From: Balanoglossus misakiensis
Lineage: Eukaryota; Animalia; Hemichordata
DNA: 64,000 nt
Direction of reading: 5' to 3'
Assembly (NCBI GenBank): GCA_040954595.2
Contig: CM082594.2
Span: 11,598,276 to 11,662,275 of the forward strand
Position 1 is the first letter of the stretch, and each line of letters starts with the position of its first letter. Made by a program: the position numbers and the translations under genes. The notes under the pieces were generated by a model, which worked only from the letters and a program-made list of their open reading frames with translations, had not been told where the DNA came from and made no database searches. This document shows, one piece after another, positions 12,795-25,272 of the stretch.

Positions 12795-15260
12795 AGGAAA
12801 TCTTTGTTGCTGGGACACGTTAGGGGAATTCAAAACGTATCGACTCCTAAGGGGCATTAGCTGTACCTTTTAGCTAGTTATTATGCGTAGCAAATGCGTT
12901 TTTTGTTTTACTCCAAGCCTCCTTTTATGTTTAGTATTAATACAAGACATTATACATTCGCAGGAACTGCTGTTCATAAAGGTGACAGATCTAAATAGAA
13001 ACCGTCCATTAGATGGAGACTTTGAGCTGACGATGCTGTTTTTGGGTAGACAACGTGGAAAGGAACGCAACGGCTTTACCAGCCCCGGTACAATCGGTTA
13101 CTTTTCATGGCATCCGTCAACGTGGTCTCCCAGAAAATACTGAACATTCAGAATTTATATTTACTTATACATAGAGGGACTATGATTAAGCATACATTGT
13201 ATATGGAACTGCAAGGTGACATTTGTTGGCTGGGCAAAATGAAAAATCCCACAGCTTTGTCATTGCAGTAACAGTTTGTCAATCGCTGCCGCTTCTATTA
13301 ACACCCTTTTTACGATTATGTAACCATTGCTATAAATTGTGGTACACATTGTGTGCGCTGTTAATTACTGCAATAATATAAATTAACCCATGCCACCATC
13401 TCCAGCATAGACAGTTAAATGTGCGTTGTAATACACACCTCCAAGACACTGCCGGCGTGTTATATTTAAATAGATTCGTAAAATCTTACACAGTTGGATT
13501 AAAAGCATGCTGTTACTGTACGCATGATGATGTATTCCGTTGTCGATTGGTTTTTTTTTCATCTCTGCATTGAATTATTGGAGTCAAGAATTTACCAACC
13601 AGTATGACTGTTCTGATGCAATGTGTTTGTGCACAAAGAAGCGATATATGGTTTCACTAAGACAGCATCCGGTGGAACATTTACTTTATCTCGGTTTTTG
13701 TACGGATTCTGTTGGGAGTGTTGTTTCCGCTTGTAAGATAGCGCCATCTTGCGACACCACAGACATCCGCCCTTAGGTCACGGCTGAAACAGTGCGTGTG
13801 AACTCCGAATCTATCCGTCGACTCAACTTTACTCTCAAGTCAATCAAGGTAACTTTTTTTAGGTTTTAAAAATCGTTCAAATCTGTACTTTGAAAGCGTG
13901 GTGAGTACGAGAGAATTGTTCTAAGCTCCGGAAAGGCTGAGACGTATTTGATCGAGTGAACGAGTTGTTTTTAATACTGTACACTTCAAACTTCCTGTTT
14001 CGAGTGCTCGCGTCACTTTCAGTGGGCTTCATAAAGCGTATTGTATAACACTGTGAAACCTACGTGCATTCATTTCAACAATACAATATATGACTATAAA
14101 TGCTGTCGAGTGAACTTTTACATTGGGCAGAGATCAAAACGCTTCGTCAAACACTCGTGAGAGACCTTGGGTACAACGGGAAGCTTCTACAGCCAATGAT
14201 GTTTTCATGGCCGTTTCAGTTCCCAGCCGTCATCCTTGTCCCCTTGCCAGGGCAAAATCGAGTTGCTGTTCAATCGTCTCCTTGTATGGAAGTGGAAATA
14301 TCCGCACAGAATCACCAACGTCAATATAAAACGAATGGTTCACAGTGAAAATCACCCTTCCTTCTCCATTTTGATGACTGATCACTTCTGTCGGCCGACC
14401 TTCTGACACTTGCCCGCCTACCCATAGATTACCTGTTATTCAGCGAGCACTGGCTTAAAAGCATTGGAAATTCGATCCCTGCGGAATCACACCCAACCCC
14501 TTGCTGTTGCGATAACCCTTTACATAGAAGCCAAACTGTTTTTACAGACAAAATCACATATATGTATACCACGCCCGGTTCAATCGTCATAACAAATAAA
14601 TATTTGCTTGGTCACAAAGAAACTTTACAAACTGGATTTTGCAAAATTGGGTGTGGTTTTAGTTGTTGGCAGTTCGTGGATTTGGTTACATGTATTAAGC
14701 GACTTAATATACAAATCACTGGCGCAGTTGAGTGGACCACAAGGCCATTGCTGTTTATAAATAATACGTTCGCCAGGTCAGCATTGTTTAGAGCAGTGCT
14801 TCACGGTTCATCGGCCAGACATCGCCAAGCAACGTGACGTAGACAATGTCTATATGATATATCCAGATCTCGAACTGACTGTACAAATACCAAACTTTCT
14901 TCAACTTTTTAAGGCTACAATTTTCAGTACCAATCGAGTTGCGGCTGTTACATGTGTCTTACAGCTGCTGCATATATCCACGACACAACCCCGAACAGTG
15001 TGGTATTTGTCTGACATATAACAGACATCTGTGTTCCGGCCGTGTGTAAAGCCATTACACCTATCTTTATTAGGTATTCTCAACTGACGGTAATAAAACC
15101 GCACGATGCAGACAACATGCTTAAATTCTACATTGCAGTGAATGCACATTGATTTGTCATTGACACGGCTTTAGATTCTCAACAAACAATATCCAAGTGT
15201 ACGTAATTACCACCACTCCATTTTTTTTCACTTTAGTTCTGAAAATTGCGAGAAGACAAC

Positions 15261-17080
15261 ATGATGAAACTTAAAAGAAACTTTTTATCAGAATTGGGAC
15301 TGTGGGTTTTATCGTCGCTGTTTATTTCATATTTCTCGAGATCATCGTTTGGAAATTTGTATTTCCCGTGGGTAAGTACGGAGTTAGTAAGTTGCATTTG
15401 ACTACCGACGGTTTCTGTTAACAGAAAATATACTTCCCGTGTTCTTTAATGAAATGAAGTTGTAACAAGGCACATCTCGATGTTATACAAGTACCCTTCG
15501 ACCCAATCAACAAATTGGGTAGAACGAAAATAAAATATTATGACAAAATTAATTAATTATGATGACATATTCTTCTTGCATGTTTGTTTGAAAGGTTTTG
15601 TGTTACCTTGTCCTGGTAGTGGTGTGTCTGTCGACGGAAGATACTAAAAACGATAAAAATCGGATGACGAAACCAATCAGCGATCTCCTTGTTGTGCCCT
15701 TTGCAGTTACGGTACGTGTTTCGTGATTTTCTTTTTTATAAAATAGCTTTGCGTAGTTTCCCTTTAAAATGTTCGATCACGGGGTTTCTTTCTGTGTCTC
15801 AAGTTTCAGACAGGTTTACTGTGACGTCACGTCTCAACCAAGTTGCCAACTTAAACTATTCCGGCTGTCAGAATTCGTCTAATATTTTGACGTCATATCC
15901 GGTTTACGTTAAATTTACTTTGTTGATATTAACTAACACATTTTCGACCGTTTTCCTCTGTATTTACAGACGTTATGTACTGTAGTATTACCCTATCAGA
16001 TATTTTTGGTTCATTTCATACGACTGATAGCATTCTTCACCCTGTCAGAATTTGTCGTCTGGATTCTGTGTGTCGCGAGCGTCGTCTTGTGGAGCGTCAT
16101 TCTCTGTAAGTAGCTGTAACTTTATAAAGTAGTTCCGTCGCGGTAATTTATTCAATTAAAATCATCCACTAAAACGTTCTTGCACCTGTTTCAAGTCTGG
16201 GCTGACAAAGAAATCAACCTTGCATGGCTAATGTAGGTCAGTTATAGTCTGGCCCCTCTCCCATTTCCAACGCTAGGTTGCGCTATGCTGCAAAAAGTCA
16301 TTTTAGTCAGAAATTTGACCGAAGAGTACAAAGAGAACATTCGCTTACCAGTCTGGGTCAGACGCACCTGGAAATTTGCATGTCAGGAAGGTAGATGACC
16401 TTTATCCGGGCGCTCGACCTCGGCGCCAGGGAGTCTCGTATATTACCACCATTCATGCAACACCATTCTTGCACCTGCTTGAAGTCTGGGTAGACAAAGA
16501 AATCAACCAATCAGAAACAGCATGGCATGAACTGTTGATGTAGGTCAGTCTCATTTGCAGACAACAATCACCTGTCTAAAAATTCACTCAACAGAAGCAC
16601 TGCACATGTGTGGGAGCAGGTTGAGATTTACATTTGTTCGTCTGATACATTTTCTTATCTCCACTTTTGCCAGACGGTCACGTGATTCCAATGCTCAACA
16701 AAATCTTCGACAGGCAGTTAATGGCTCGATTCCAGAAATCGTTGCTGTGTGACGTCAGAAAAGCATTAACGTAAGTAACGAGGAGTGCTTATATAAGTTG
16801 CATGATGGCGATGTGGACATATTGTGCACACTCCGATAACCATTGAATTCGTCAATTCTCACAGGCCAGAAGTGCTGTAATCTTGTCCACTACCCTCATT
16901 TCTACCGCTGGCTGTGCTGTGCTAACGAATGTTTCAGGGAACCAGACAGGATTGGTTTATGGTATAGGCTAATAGAACCATAAGTAATTGCATTTTCTGT
17001 TGCTTGTTTCAAAACATTTCTTGTATTACATATTTGAATTATTTTTATTCTGTAGGTCAAATCCACGACCCAAAGATTAA
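15261..17080 (+). CDS. Orphan multi-pass membrane protein C (~161 aa, 5 coding exons; absent from the ORF track)
   Basis: Exons 15261-15371, 15595-15711, 15970-16105, 16674-16770, 17056-17080 (intron phases 0,0,1,2) give an open frame: MMKLKRNFLSELGLWVLSSLFISYF..LYFPW|VLCYLVLVVVCL..|TLCTVVLPYQIFLVHFIRLIAFFTLSEFVVWILCVASVVLWSVILY..RPKD*. Donors are gtaagt/gtacgt. Confidence 0.65.
16177..16550. repeat. Local direct duplication (~45-65 bp) in intron 3 of membrane-protein gene C
   Basis: ttcttgcacctgtttcaagtctgggctgacaaagaaatcaacc (~16177) vs ttcttgcacctgcttgaagtctgggtagacaaagaaatcaacc (~16466); both followed by gcatggc...atgtaggtcagt. Confidence 0.75.
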
Positions 17081-18362
17081 CGGATTCAACACCACACTTC
17101 AGAGAGTGGCGCAGAGTTGTAGACAAAGAAAAGTTTTACTTTTAAGTTAAAAATGCACAAACTTTTATATTTTGTAAAAAAGAAATATATCTTTAAAATA
17201 CACTGGAAACATGTATTTTATATATTGTGATATCTTTACAACAGCCGAAGGTGGTATGTTTTAAATTTTTTATTTACATTTGTATTCAACTCATTGTTGC
17301 CATGAAATTGGTATTTTAAAGGCAATGATTATGTGCGTGTTTTATGCGATTGCTTTTGTGTGGCAAATATTATTTCAATTTTGCAATAAAGTAATTAAAA
17401 TTTCACATCTCACAAGTTTCGTGTCCATAAACACTCTGACAACAGACGCCTTGTTGGTAAAACAACACAAACACATCTCCGCACTATGTGCTCAGCAAAT
17501 TGACCAATAATTAACAAATGTAGACGCCGGACACAAGATAAAATTATTTCACTACATGAATCACGTTAATATTTGAAGATAACTATGTGTACATCCGCGG
17601 TGCAAAGTCTGCCAGGATGAAACTCGCGTCGATGGTATTTTAACGCAAAGTCTGACATCAGAATTCGTATCACGCAGGTAAGACTTAGACAATTTTTACG
17701 ATTTATCTACACAAATTCACTGAGCAGACAGTCATGTTAGTGGCTGTGGTAGCCATTTTAATGGTTTACTCGGTGTGTAGACACATTTTTCTTGTTCAGT
17801 GGTTAAACGGGCAAGCAGTAAGGTTTCTGACGCATATACTTCCTTATAATATCACCACCGACTAGAATATTTACGTTGGTAACAGTAAAACAAATATGCA
17901 GAGATGTGCTTTGTCAATACATGTGACCTAAATATTACAGTCTGCGCACCGTTTGAAACAGACTCACAAATAAGGAACACAACTTGTCAATTGAATCACA
18001 GCCAAGTCAGAATTTCTGTATTTTCAATACACGTCGAAATTACATAAATTCATGAGCGACGAATTTCTAAAAAAAATTGATCAGAGAATTTCTAGAGTTC
18101 GTTATAGTCCTATCGAAGTTGTTTAGACGAATTGTTTCTCGTTTTCATTTCTGTCGACTTTGTGGTAGGAGAAATGTTTTGTCATGCGGTTCTGTACGCT
18201 TTTTGCTGGTTGTAGGTACGATTTCCCCCAAAAGCAATCGAATATGGAGCACGTCGTCTGGAATCCAACATGGCGGATAGTTTGACGATTTATTCCCATA
18301 GCAACTGTGATTGATATCACGAGATTTGATCAGTTTGGGTGGAGAGCAACACAACAGAGTGG

Positions 18363-19480
18363 ATGATGCGGGGCTGCAAAGGTCAAACACTTTACGTGTT
18401 CATCACATTATTCTTTGGTGTGATTTGGCTGATAACAACTGTTACTCTGATGGTCTTGGCTATTCTTTCGGTAGAGGACAGCTTTGCCAAAACAACTGCA
18501 ATCATCTATTTACCTCTGGTAAGCATCGATTGCTTTTTCAATAATTTTTTCACACTGCCCTCGAGAAACCGAGGATCTGTGTTATTGTTTTTGTAGCATA
18601 TAATTGTTGTTGTTGTTGTCGTTGAGGGGAAGCGTCCATTGAAGTCAATGATCTTTACTGTTTTGTTTCATGAACAGGTTCTGGCGTGTGCTTTAATGTT
18701 GGTTCCATTCGCATGGTCGCTTTACAAATATGAAGAATCACCTGAGGCTGATGACGTTCACGAAATGTACAGAGCTGCTATGGTTTGTTTTGGATTACTC
18801 TCAGCCATAATGGTGAGTTCATCATCACCTCCATCCCATACTGAGTCTGTAACTTTTTACTTAATTGTCCATCCTTATGGTTGCATTCACGTTGTTTGTC
18901 TTGCTTTCTAGGCTTTCCTCGTGTTCATATGGCCCTTCATAGTTGTGATTGCGTACTTAATTCGGGTCATAAGCACCGATTCATCTGAAGAAACACTTCT
19001 GCTCATTATCAGCACGCTTGACTTAATATGCTGGGGAGTCTTCATGTATGGAATGACAATGTTGGTAAGTTATTAACATCATTTATCTAAGACTTGTCAA
19101 TAGAGGTTTCGGGCACACCTCTCTCGTTCTATATCATCCCCAATTTATTTGTTGTTTTTTGTTGTTGTTTGTTTGTTTAGTATGAGGCCGAAGAGCGTCG
19201 CCGCCTGAGGATAGAACCAATTGAGCATGCAAGTCTCAGAGAGAGGCAAGAATTATACGCAACTGTGACTAACGAAACGTCATCATCCGACGTGTCTCGA
19301 ATGTTCTGCGTTGGTGACTCAACGGAAACCCCAGCAAATAACGTGAATGAAAATGGGGATGTACAAGCCCCGGTAACGAACACGGCGATACCAAATCACG
19401 TGTCGAACGCCATGGCAACACCAGACCCAATGACTGTACCAGCACATGTGACGGTTGTCGACCAATCGGTGAAGAAATGA
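18363..19480 (+). CDS. Orphan multi-pass membrane protein D (~247 aa, 4 coding exons, low-complexity C-terminal tail)
   Basis: Exons 18363-18518, 18678-18812, 18912-19064, 19181-19480, all phase-0 GT-AG introns. TM-like segments LYVFITLFFGVIWLITTVTLMVLAIL, IIYLPL|VLACALMLVPFAW, AAMVCFGLLSAIM|AFLVFIWPFIVVIAYLI, LLLIISTLDLICWGVFMYGMTML; polar tail YEAEERRRL...DQSVKK*. Start codon uncertain. Confidence 0.75.
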
Positions 19481-20037
19481 GAGAATGAGCTCGCATCGGA
19501 GACTTATATACCATGGACACTTACGTGAACGAGACAACGATGCTAGTTGTTAAGTTTGTACATTATTGCTGCATAGCTAGATTTTATTCATCGTAATCAT
19601 ATATATTCAAATCTCACTAACTTTGAAGGACATGACATAAGGAGTTTTGTCTGTGAACTTTTATATGTTGTAACTAATTAGAGTCCGTCCATTGGCACCG
19701 TTTTCAGTATCCGCAAGAGGAAATAAAGGATATTACAAAGACTATTGCGATCGCAAACATTTCAATGCAGGAAGATTTACACCAATTTAGTCTTTGGTGA
19801 AATATGCGAAGGAATATTATTCTGTGATTGGAAGACTCCACCTCTTACCCTAGCGCACCCTGCATTGATAATGGTATGGCCCAAACGTCATAAGGAGTTC
19901 TTGTACAGTCATTCACCAAGTATGTCATACTTCATTATCAAAACCACAACAAGGGGCTTGGGGCATACCATGGGAAGACCGTTATTGGTAACACCCGTCA
20001 CTTTACATGTACACCAATACGTGGTTGTTGTTTCACT

Positions 20038-22408
20038 ATGGCCAGGAATGGCGTGAGATTTCTCGTTCTGTTCCTGTTGACAACCGTTGTCATTCTGTGG
20101 TATATCAGCGTCACAATATTCCATGCAAACGAGTACACCAGGGCAAAAGTCAAACAGAGCAACTGGTAAGTAGTATTTAGCAGTATTTAGACCTATTCAG
20201 TCGTCAGTCAAAATCAGACGTGCATATTAATTTTACAGAAGGGAGTTTAAACAGATTTCAGTGTCGTGTAACGAGTGTTTTAAGTTTGACCGTGGAAACT
20301 TCTACTTATGGTTTATTATCTTCACTGTGAACAAACGTCGACTTGCAGGGTCAACTTGACTAATAAACCACAGCAGCCACATATCTTCACTTTTAATCTG
20401 CAAACGAATTCCACATTGTACAGTTCATAGGCAACAATAAGATATGCGGTACAGAATCTACTGAAATTGGCGAAGTAGAGCATGAAAAGTAGGCCAGTGT
20501 AGGACAATATCTTCACACTCAACTGTGGTTTAGGGACAGAGTGTACATAAATGCTGGGCAAATCTTTGACCCGACCTCATATGTTAACAATTAGTCGGGG
20601 TCGTGTGAATGAAGACGTGTGACGTTAATATCTATATCATCTTTTGGCTTCTAACGACCATTCCACAGTGCTAAATATTCCAAAGATGAACGAACATCGT
20701 GTATATATTTGGTATGACAAAAATAAAGCGTTTTCTGGGTAACCCAGATATTACTTTTAGTCCGACACCAGGGCTACAGTCATTTACTTGTGTAAATCTT
20801 GGCATAGCCACCATCAGCTTTGGGGGAAATTGTACAAGCGGACCTTAATGATGCACAACCCTGGTATATATCCACTTTTCACTCCACAACCAAGTGTGTG
20901 TGTAAAAACCGGTGACAACGTAAACATACACAGACTTGGAATTCTCACTGGTCCGCCAGGGTCACTATGCCTGTCATGTGATCTCATCGACCCAGTTCCC
21001 ATATTAACCCAATTATACCACAGCACATCGTAAAAGTGGTATGTTTTATATTCAGGTCGTCAAAGCTATTTTCAATCCGGTCACGCGACAAATACCCCAA
21101 ATTATACCCCCACCTAAAAGACCTGTACACGACAACAGCTTTATACCACGTCTTTAACCAGAAATTTCATGATCAACCAAGTTACTTTCTGTACACACGA
21201 CATTTTGTATCATCATTTGTAGGATGGTATTTTGGTCGTCTGAGAGGAAATCAACTCAGGATTTAAAGAATGACAAGGAGAAGGAGAAAAATCTACCAAG
21301 GCCACCTGATTTGTCTTTTCTGAACAAAACATGGCGGCGGAATGAATATCGAATGAATGAAATCAAGTGAGTAGCAATTAAGAATTATAAACGATTCTCA
21401 CCTCTACATGTTGGTATGTTGGTCGCTTGCTTATCAAAAGACTTTATTTGATTTCTTGCAGGCGGTATCTTGGCAGATTCATGGACGCAAGGCGCTCACT
21501 CAGTATTACCAAGTCAGGTGTAACCGTTGGCAACGACTTCTTGCTCGATTTTTCGCCGCAGAATTCCAGCGTCGTTGTCACCAAGGAGATGTACGATCTC
21601 TTGCCGGATGAATCTCCGCTCCGTGACAGAAACGTGAGAAGTTGTGCCTTGGTGGGGAATGGTGGGATTCTCCTGAACAGTTCGTGTGGAGGCGACATCG
21701 ACAAGGCAGATTTCGTCATTCGCTGCAACTTTGCCTCGTTGTCTGGATACGAAAGGGATGTGGGAAGCAAAACGAACATGTTCAGTTTCAACCCAAGCGT
21801 TCTTCGTCTAAAATACAACCTGCTGAGAAACGAATCGGATAGGACCAATTTTTATCGTGATCTCGACAGTCTACGCCCAAAAGTGTTGCTATGGATTCCT
21901 GCTTTTGAGTACGGCGTTAACAGAGGCCTGATGGACCCTATATTGCATTTTGTAACAGAACACAGACAGAATCTAAGTCACGTACAACTTCTGTTTCCAC
22001 ATAGCGTTGTTCAAATCTTTAAAGGGTAAGAATAATTTGTTAATTTGCCAATAACAAATTTTCACTTGCATGGCCGCGCGAACAGGGCGCCATCACATGT
22101 CATTTGACCTGGTTTCTTTGTTTTTATTTTATAGGTACTGGCGATCTCAAGGCGTCCAGGAACCTCGACTGAGTACGGGTCTTATCATGTACACGATTGC
22201 TTTGCAGCTTTGCCAACAAATTACCTTGTACGGTTTTTATCCGTTTGCTACGGACCTAGACGACCGGCCAATCCCGTATCACTATGACCAACCTCCAAAT
22301 GCCACTTTCAACCCGGGCAAAATGCATAACTTCCCAATGGAATTTGCATATTTGAGAAAAATGCACGAACAAGGCGTGTCGAAGCTTCGCATTGGTAAAT
22401 GTAGGTAG
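20038..22408 (+). CDS. Alpha-2,8-sialyltransferase (GT29, ST8Sia family), copy 1
   Basis: Exons 20038-20165 (type II TM anchor FLVLFLLTTVVILWYISVTIF), 21223-21367 (stem), 21462-22025 (sialylmotif L: CALVGNGGILLNSSCGGDIDKADFVIRCN), 22135-22408 (motif S RLSTGLIMYTIALQLCQQITLYGF, motif III YHY, VS HNFPME, terminal GKCR Cys typical of ST8Sia). All introns phase 2. Confidence 0.93.
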
Positions 22409-23092
22409 CAAAAGCAGCTTTTTGTGGTATCTTTGACCAAATACTACCTCAGCCTTCTGAGATTTCGATATAACAATGCAAGTCAGTAAAGGATATCGAT
22501 CAAACTTCGTCGAAACCGGTGGGAATTTCTTGTTTTCTGCTTATAATAAGCTTATTGATATTTATAATACAGTTTAAAGTTAAGAAGTGTAAGAATATTG
22601 AAAGGAAAATTACTTTAACCCATAAACATTTAGCGTTACAATATCATAATTATTGACCACAGGGCGACTTTCTACAGTTGCAATGTTGTAGATAGTGCCA
22701 GCGACCACCTCTAAAGTCTGTAAACCTATTTATTGTCAATAAATGGTAATTTTGTACATAGACTGTGTGATAGATTTATTAGAGAGTGAGCCCCCTGCCT
22801 GTTCCCCCGGACAGACGCTAGGGTCATGTGACTATCACGTGGTAGTACTACTGTGGTTTTCCTCAATATATCTATCTGCTCTCGTGTTTTTCATGTTAAC
22901 GAAATATATTATATTTAAGTGCACATATTGGATCGAATATTATATAAGTTTAAGTCGAGAAAAAAAACGGATGCGGAAAATGAACACAAAATGTCATGTT
23001 TGACATAGCTAGGGGGCATGACCTTTTTAAGTTGTCGTCTGCAAACCGCGCCAGATTTTGATAGATGCCCTTCGGAAATTTTGTTTGAAATT

Positions 23093-25272
23093 ATGGCGAG
23101 AATTGATAGAATGTTGAAGAATTGTTTTGTACTTTGTTTTGTCGCCTTCTTTGTGGTTTTATTCGCCACGTTATTTCACATTCATTCGACGGATACGTCC
23201 GTTTCAACTGAGACAAGTGACGCCAAAAGAACAAGTGATGCGCGATACGATGACCTGATAGAACTGTTACAGCGTGCAAGACGACCACGGTGAGCTATTT
23301 ATCTCTTTAAACATTTCTATTAGAAACAATATGACGTTTTATAAATGAAGACCGTAGCTGGCAAACGTTTTTTGACAGGGATGTACTGCGGAATTCTTTA
23401 AATCATGTAAATAGCTATTTATATATTGTATGAAACTGGCCATGCCATGGCGTGGTCGATGAAAACGTACGATAGAAGATGCCGTTTTCTAATTCTAGGA
23501 CTGGTCTTATCACCGAATAATACTAGTATTATACATACCCATAGAACATCATCACGTGCGCTAAGTCTCCTGTAGCTTTGTAAAGTTTTTAACGTAGATG
23601 ATGATCATGACACGAATATTCAGCAACAAGTCAATTTCTTTTGAAATAAACACGGTCGCCTTAAGACCGTGGAATTGAAGCGCTTGTAGCTTTCTTGTCG
23701 CCGAGATAAGCTAAACGAAGTTCTTGCTCATATACAAAGTGAATATCTCGACCCTTTTCACTGGACCCTCTACTATTATGTGTATATTCTGCAGTTGAGT
23801 GCATGTAGTAGTTCCACCTCACTCTTGCGACGTTCTAGCAGGTACGCGAATAGAACATGTGACTGTGCGTGACTGTTTTCCTAGGGATTCCGAAAAAAAG
23901 TCTTTCTATTGTCTAGACGTATATAAAACTCATTCTAAACCAATAAAAATATCTCTGTGTACACAGAAATCATCGGAAGGTGGTGGAGAATTCTACATTA
24001 ACGTACCACAAAGCAAACCAGTTTCCCAGGACACTGCCAGTAACACAGGAGCAAGAACAGTCGACAACTGATTATTATGAGGAACACACCGAAGAGCCAT
24101 GGTATCATAGTATGGAAGAAATGGTGAAACTGAGGTAGGTACAAAATTCTGAGTTGGTTTATGTACTGCAACCAGTTCTCTGAAACCAGTCTACGACTGG
24201 AATCTATCATAACTTATGCATTTGTTTTTATGTTGAAATAAGTAATTTTGTTAAGTTATCTTTGTGCAAACAACTGATTGATTTGTATATTCTTTCCTTT
24301 CAGGGGTCTCCTAAGAAGGTATTTCCATGTTGTCAAGCGTGTGAGCATCACCAGAAGAGATGTAAAGCCATGGAATTTAATCAGGTTTGACTATTCAGCT
24401 GACAAATTTGTGTTTTCCTTGAATCCCCTCTTGTATAATTTGCTTCCCGAAGAGTCACCTTTGTTACACATGCACCACGACACTTGTGCTGTTGTTGGAA
24501 GCAGTGGAATTCTCTTGAATAGCCACTGTGGCAGGGAGATTGACTCTGCCGACTTCGTGTTTCGGTGCAACATGGCACCGACCGTTGGTTATGAGGAAGA
24601 CGTTGGAGAGAGAACAAACTTCATGACAATAAATCCGGGTATCGTCAAAGATCGCTATAACTACCTGCTTCGAACGGATGACCGAGGTCGGTTCTTAGAC
24701 GCTCTGCAAGACATCGGTAAATCTATCCTCTGGTCGCCAGGATTTACACACTATGGATCGGCTCTACCATTGAAAGTCATGGGAGATTTTCTCTCAGAAC
24801 ATCAAAAGGATTTGGAAGTAAACTTGGCATTGTTGGGAGAAGGAGCCATCAAGTACATAAAGGGGTAGGTCTGCCAAAAGCATCTCTACACTGTTTCTTT
24901 TTGCATTCTTTAGATTAGAGTGTGATAGCTGTGGTGATTTATGCAATCTGTCGGATATTGAGGATCAATTTGTTCTTTCCATCTGGTAGATTCTGGAGAG
25001 TGTCTCACAACTTCTCAGAACCAAGGATAACAACTGGTCTGTTCATGTACACCATTGCTGTACCAGTTTGTGACAAGATCAAACTCTATGGATTTTACCC
25101 GTTCCTGCAAGATCAACGCAACAGGACTATTCCTTGGCACTATTATAATCCAGCTTCAGATCCTTCATGGCTGAAGTCAGTCCACAGAATGCCAGAGGAA
25201 TATGGAATTCTACAATCCCTGCATGCAAAGGGACTTCTCAAGTTGAAAACAGGGAAATGTTATTATAACTGA
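23093..25272 (+). CDS. Alpha-2,8-sialyltransferase (GT29, ST8Sia family), copy 2
   Basis: Exons 23093-23289 (TM anchor), 23967-24134, 24304-24864 (motif L: CAVVGSSGILLNSHCGREIDSADFVFRCN), 24990-25272 (motif S RITTGLFMYTIAVPVCDKIKLYGF, WHYY, VS HRMPEE, terminal GKCYYN). Same four-exon phase-2 structure as copy 1. Confidence 0.93.

Noticed and set aside
14100-14837. ORFs between membrane-protein genes B and C as a possible fifth family member
   Set aside because: No hydrophobic helices, family motifs or consistent splice pattern; probably lies in the 5' UTR intron of gene C.
21056-21222. Extra ST8Sia-1 exon starting at the ttcag acceptor at 21055
   Set aside because: No convincing donor, and read-through stops at 21266; the 21223 acceptor gives a clean in-frame model matching the paralog.
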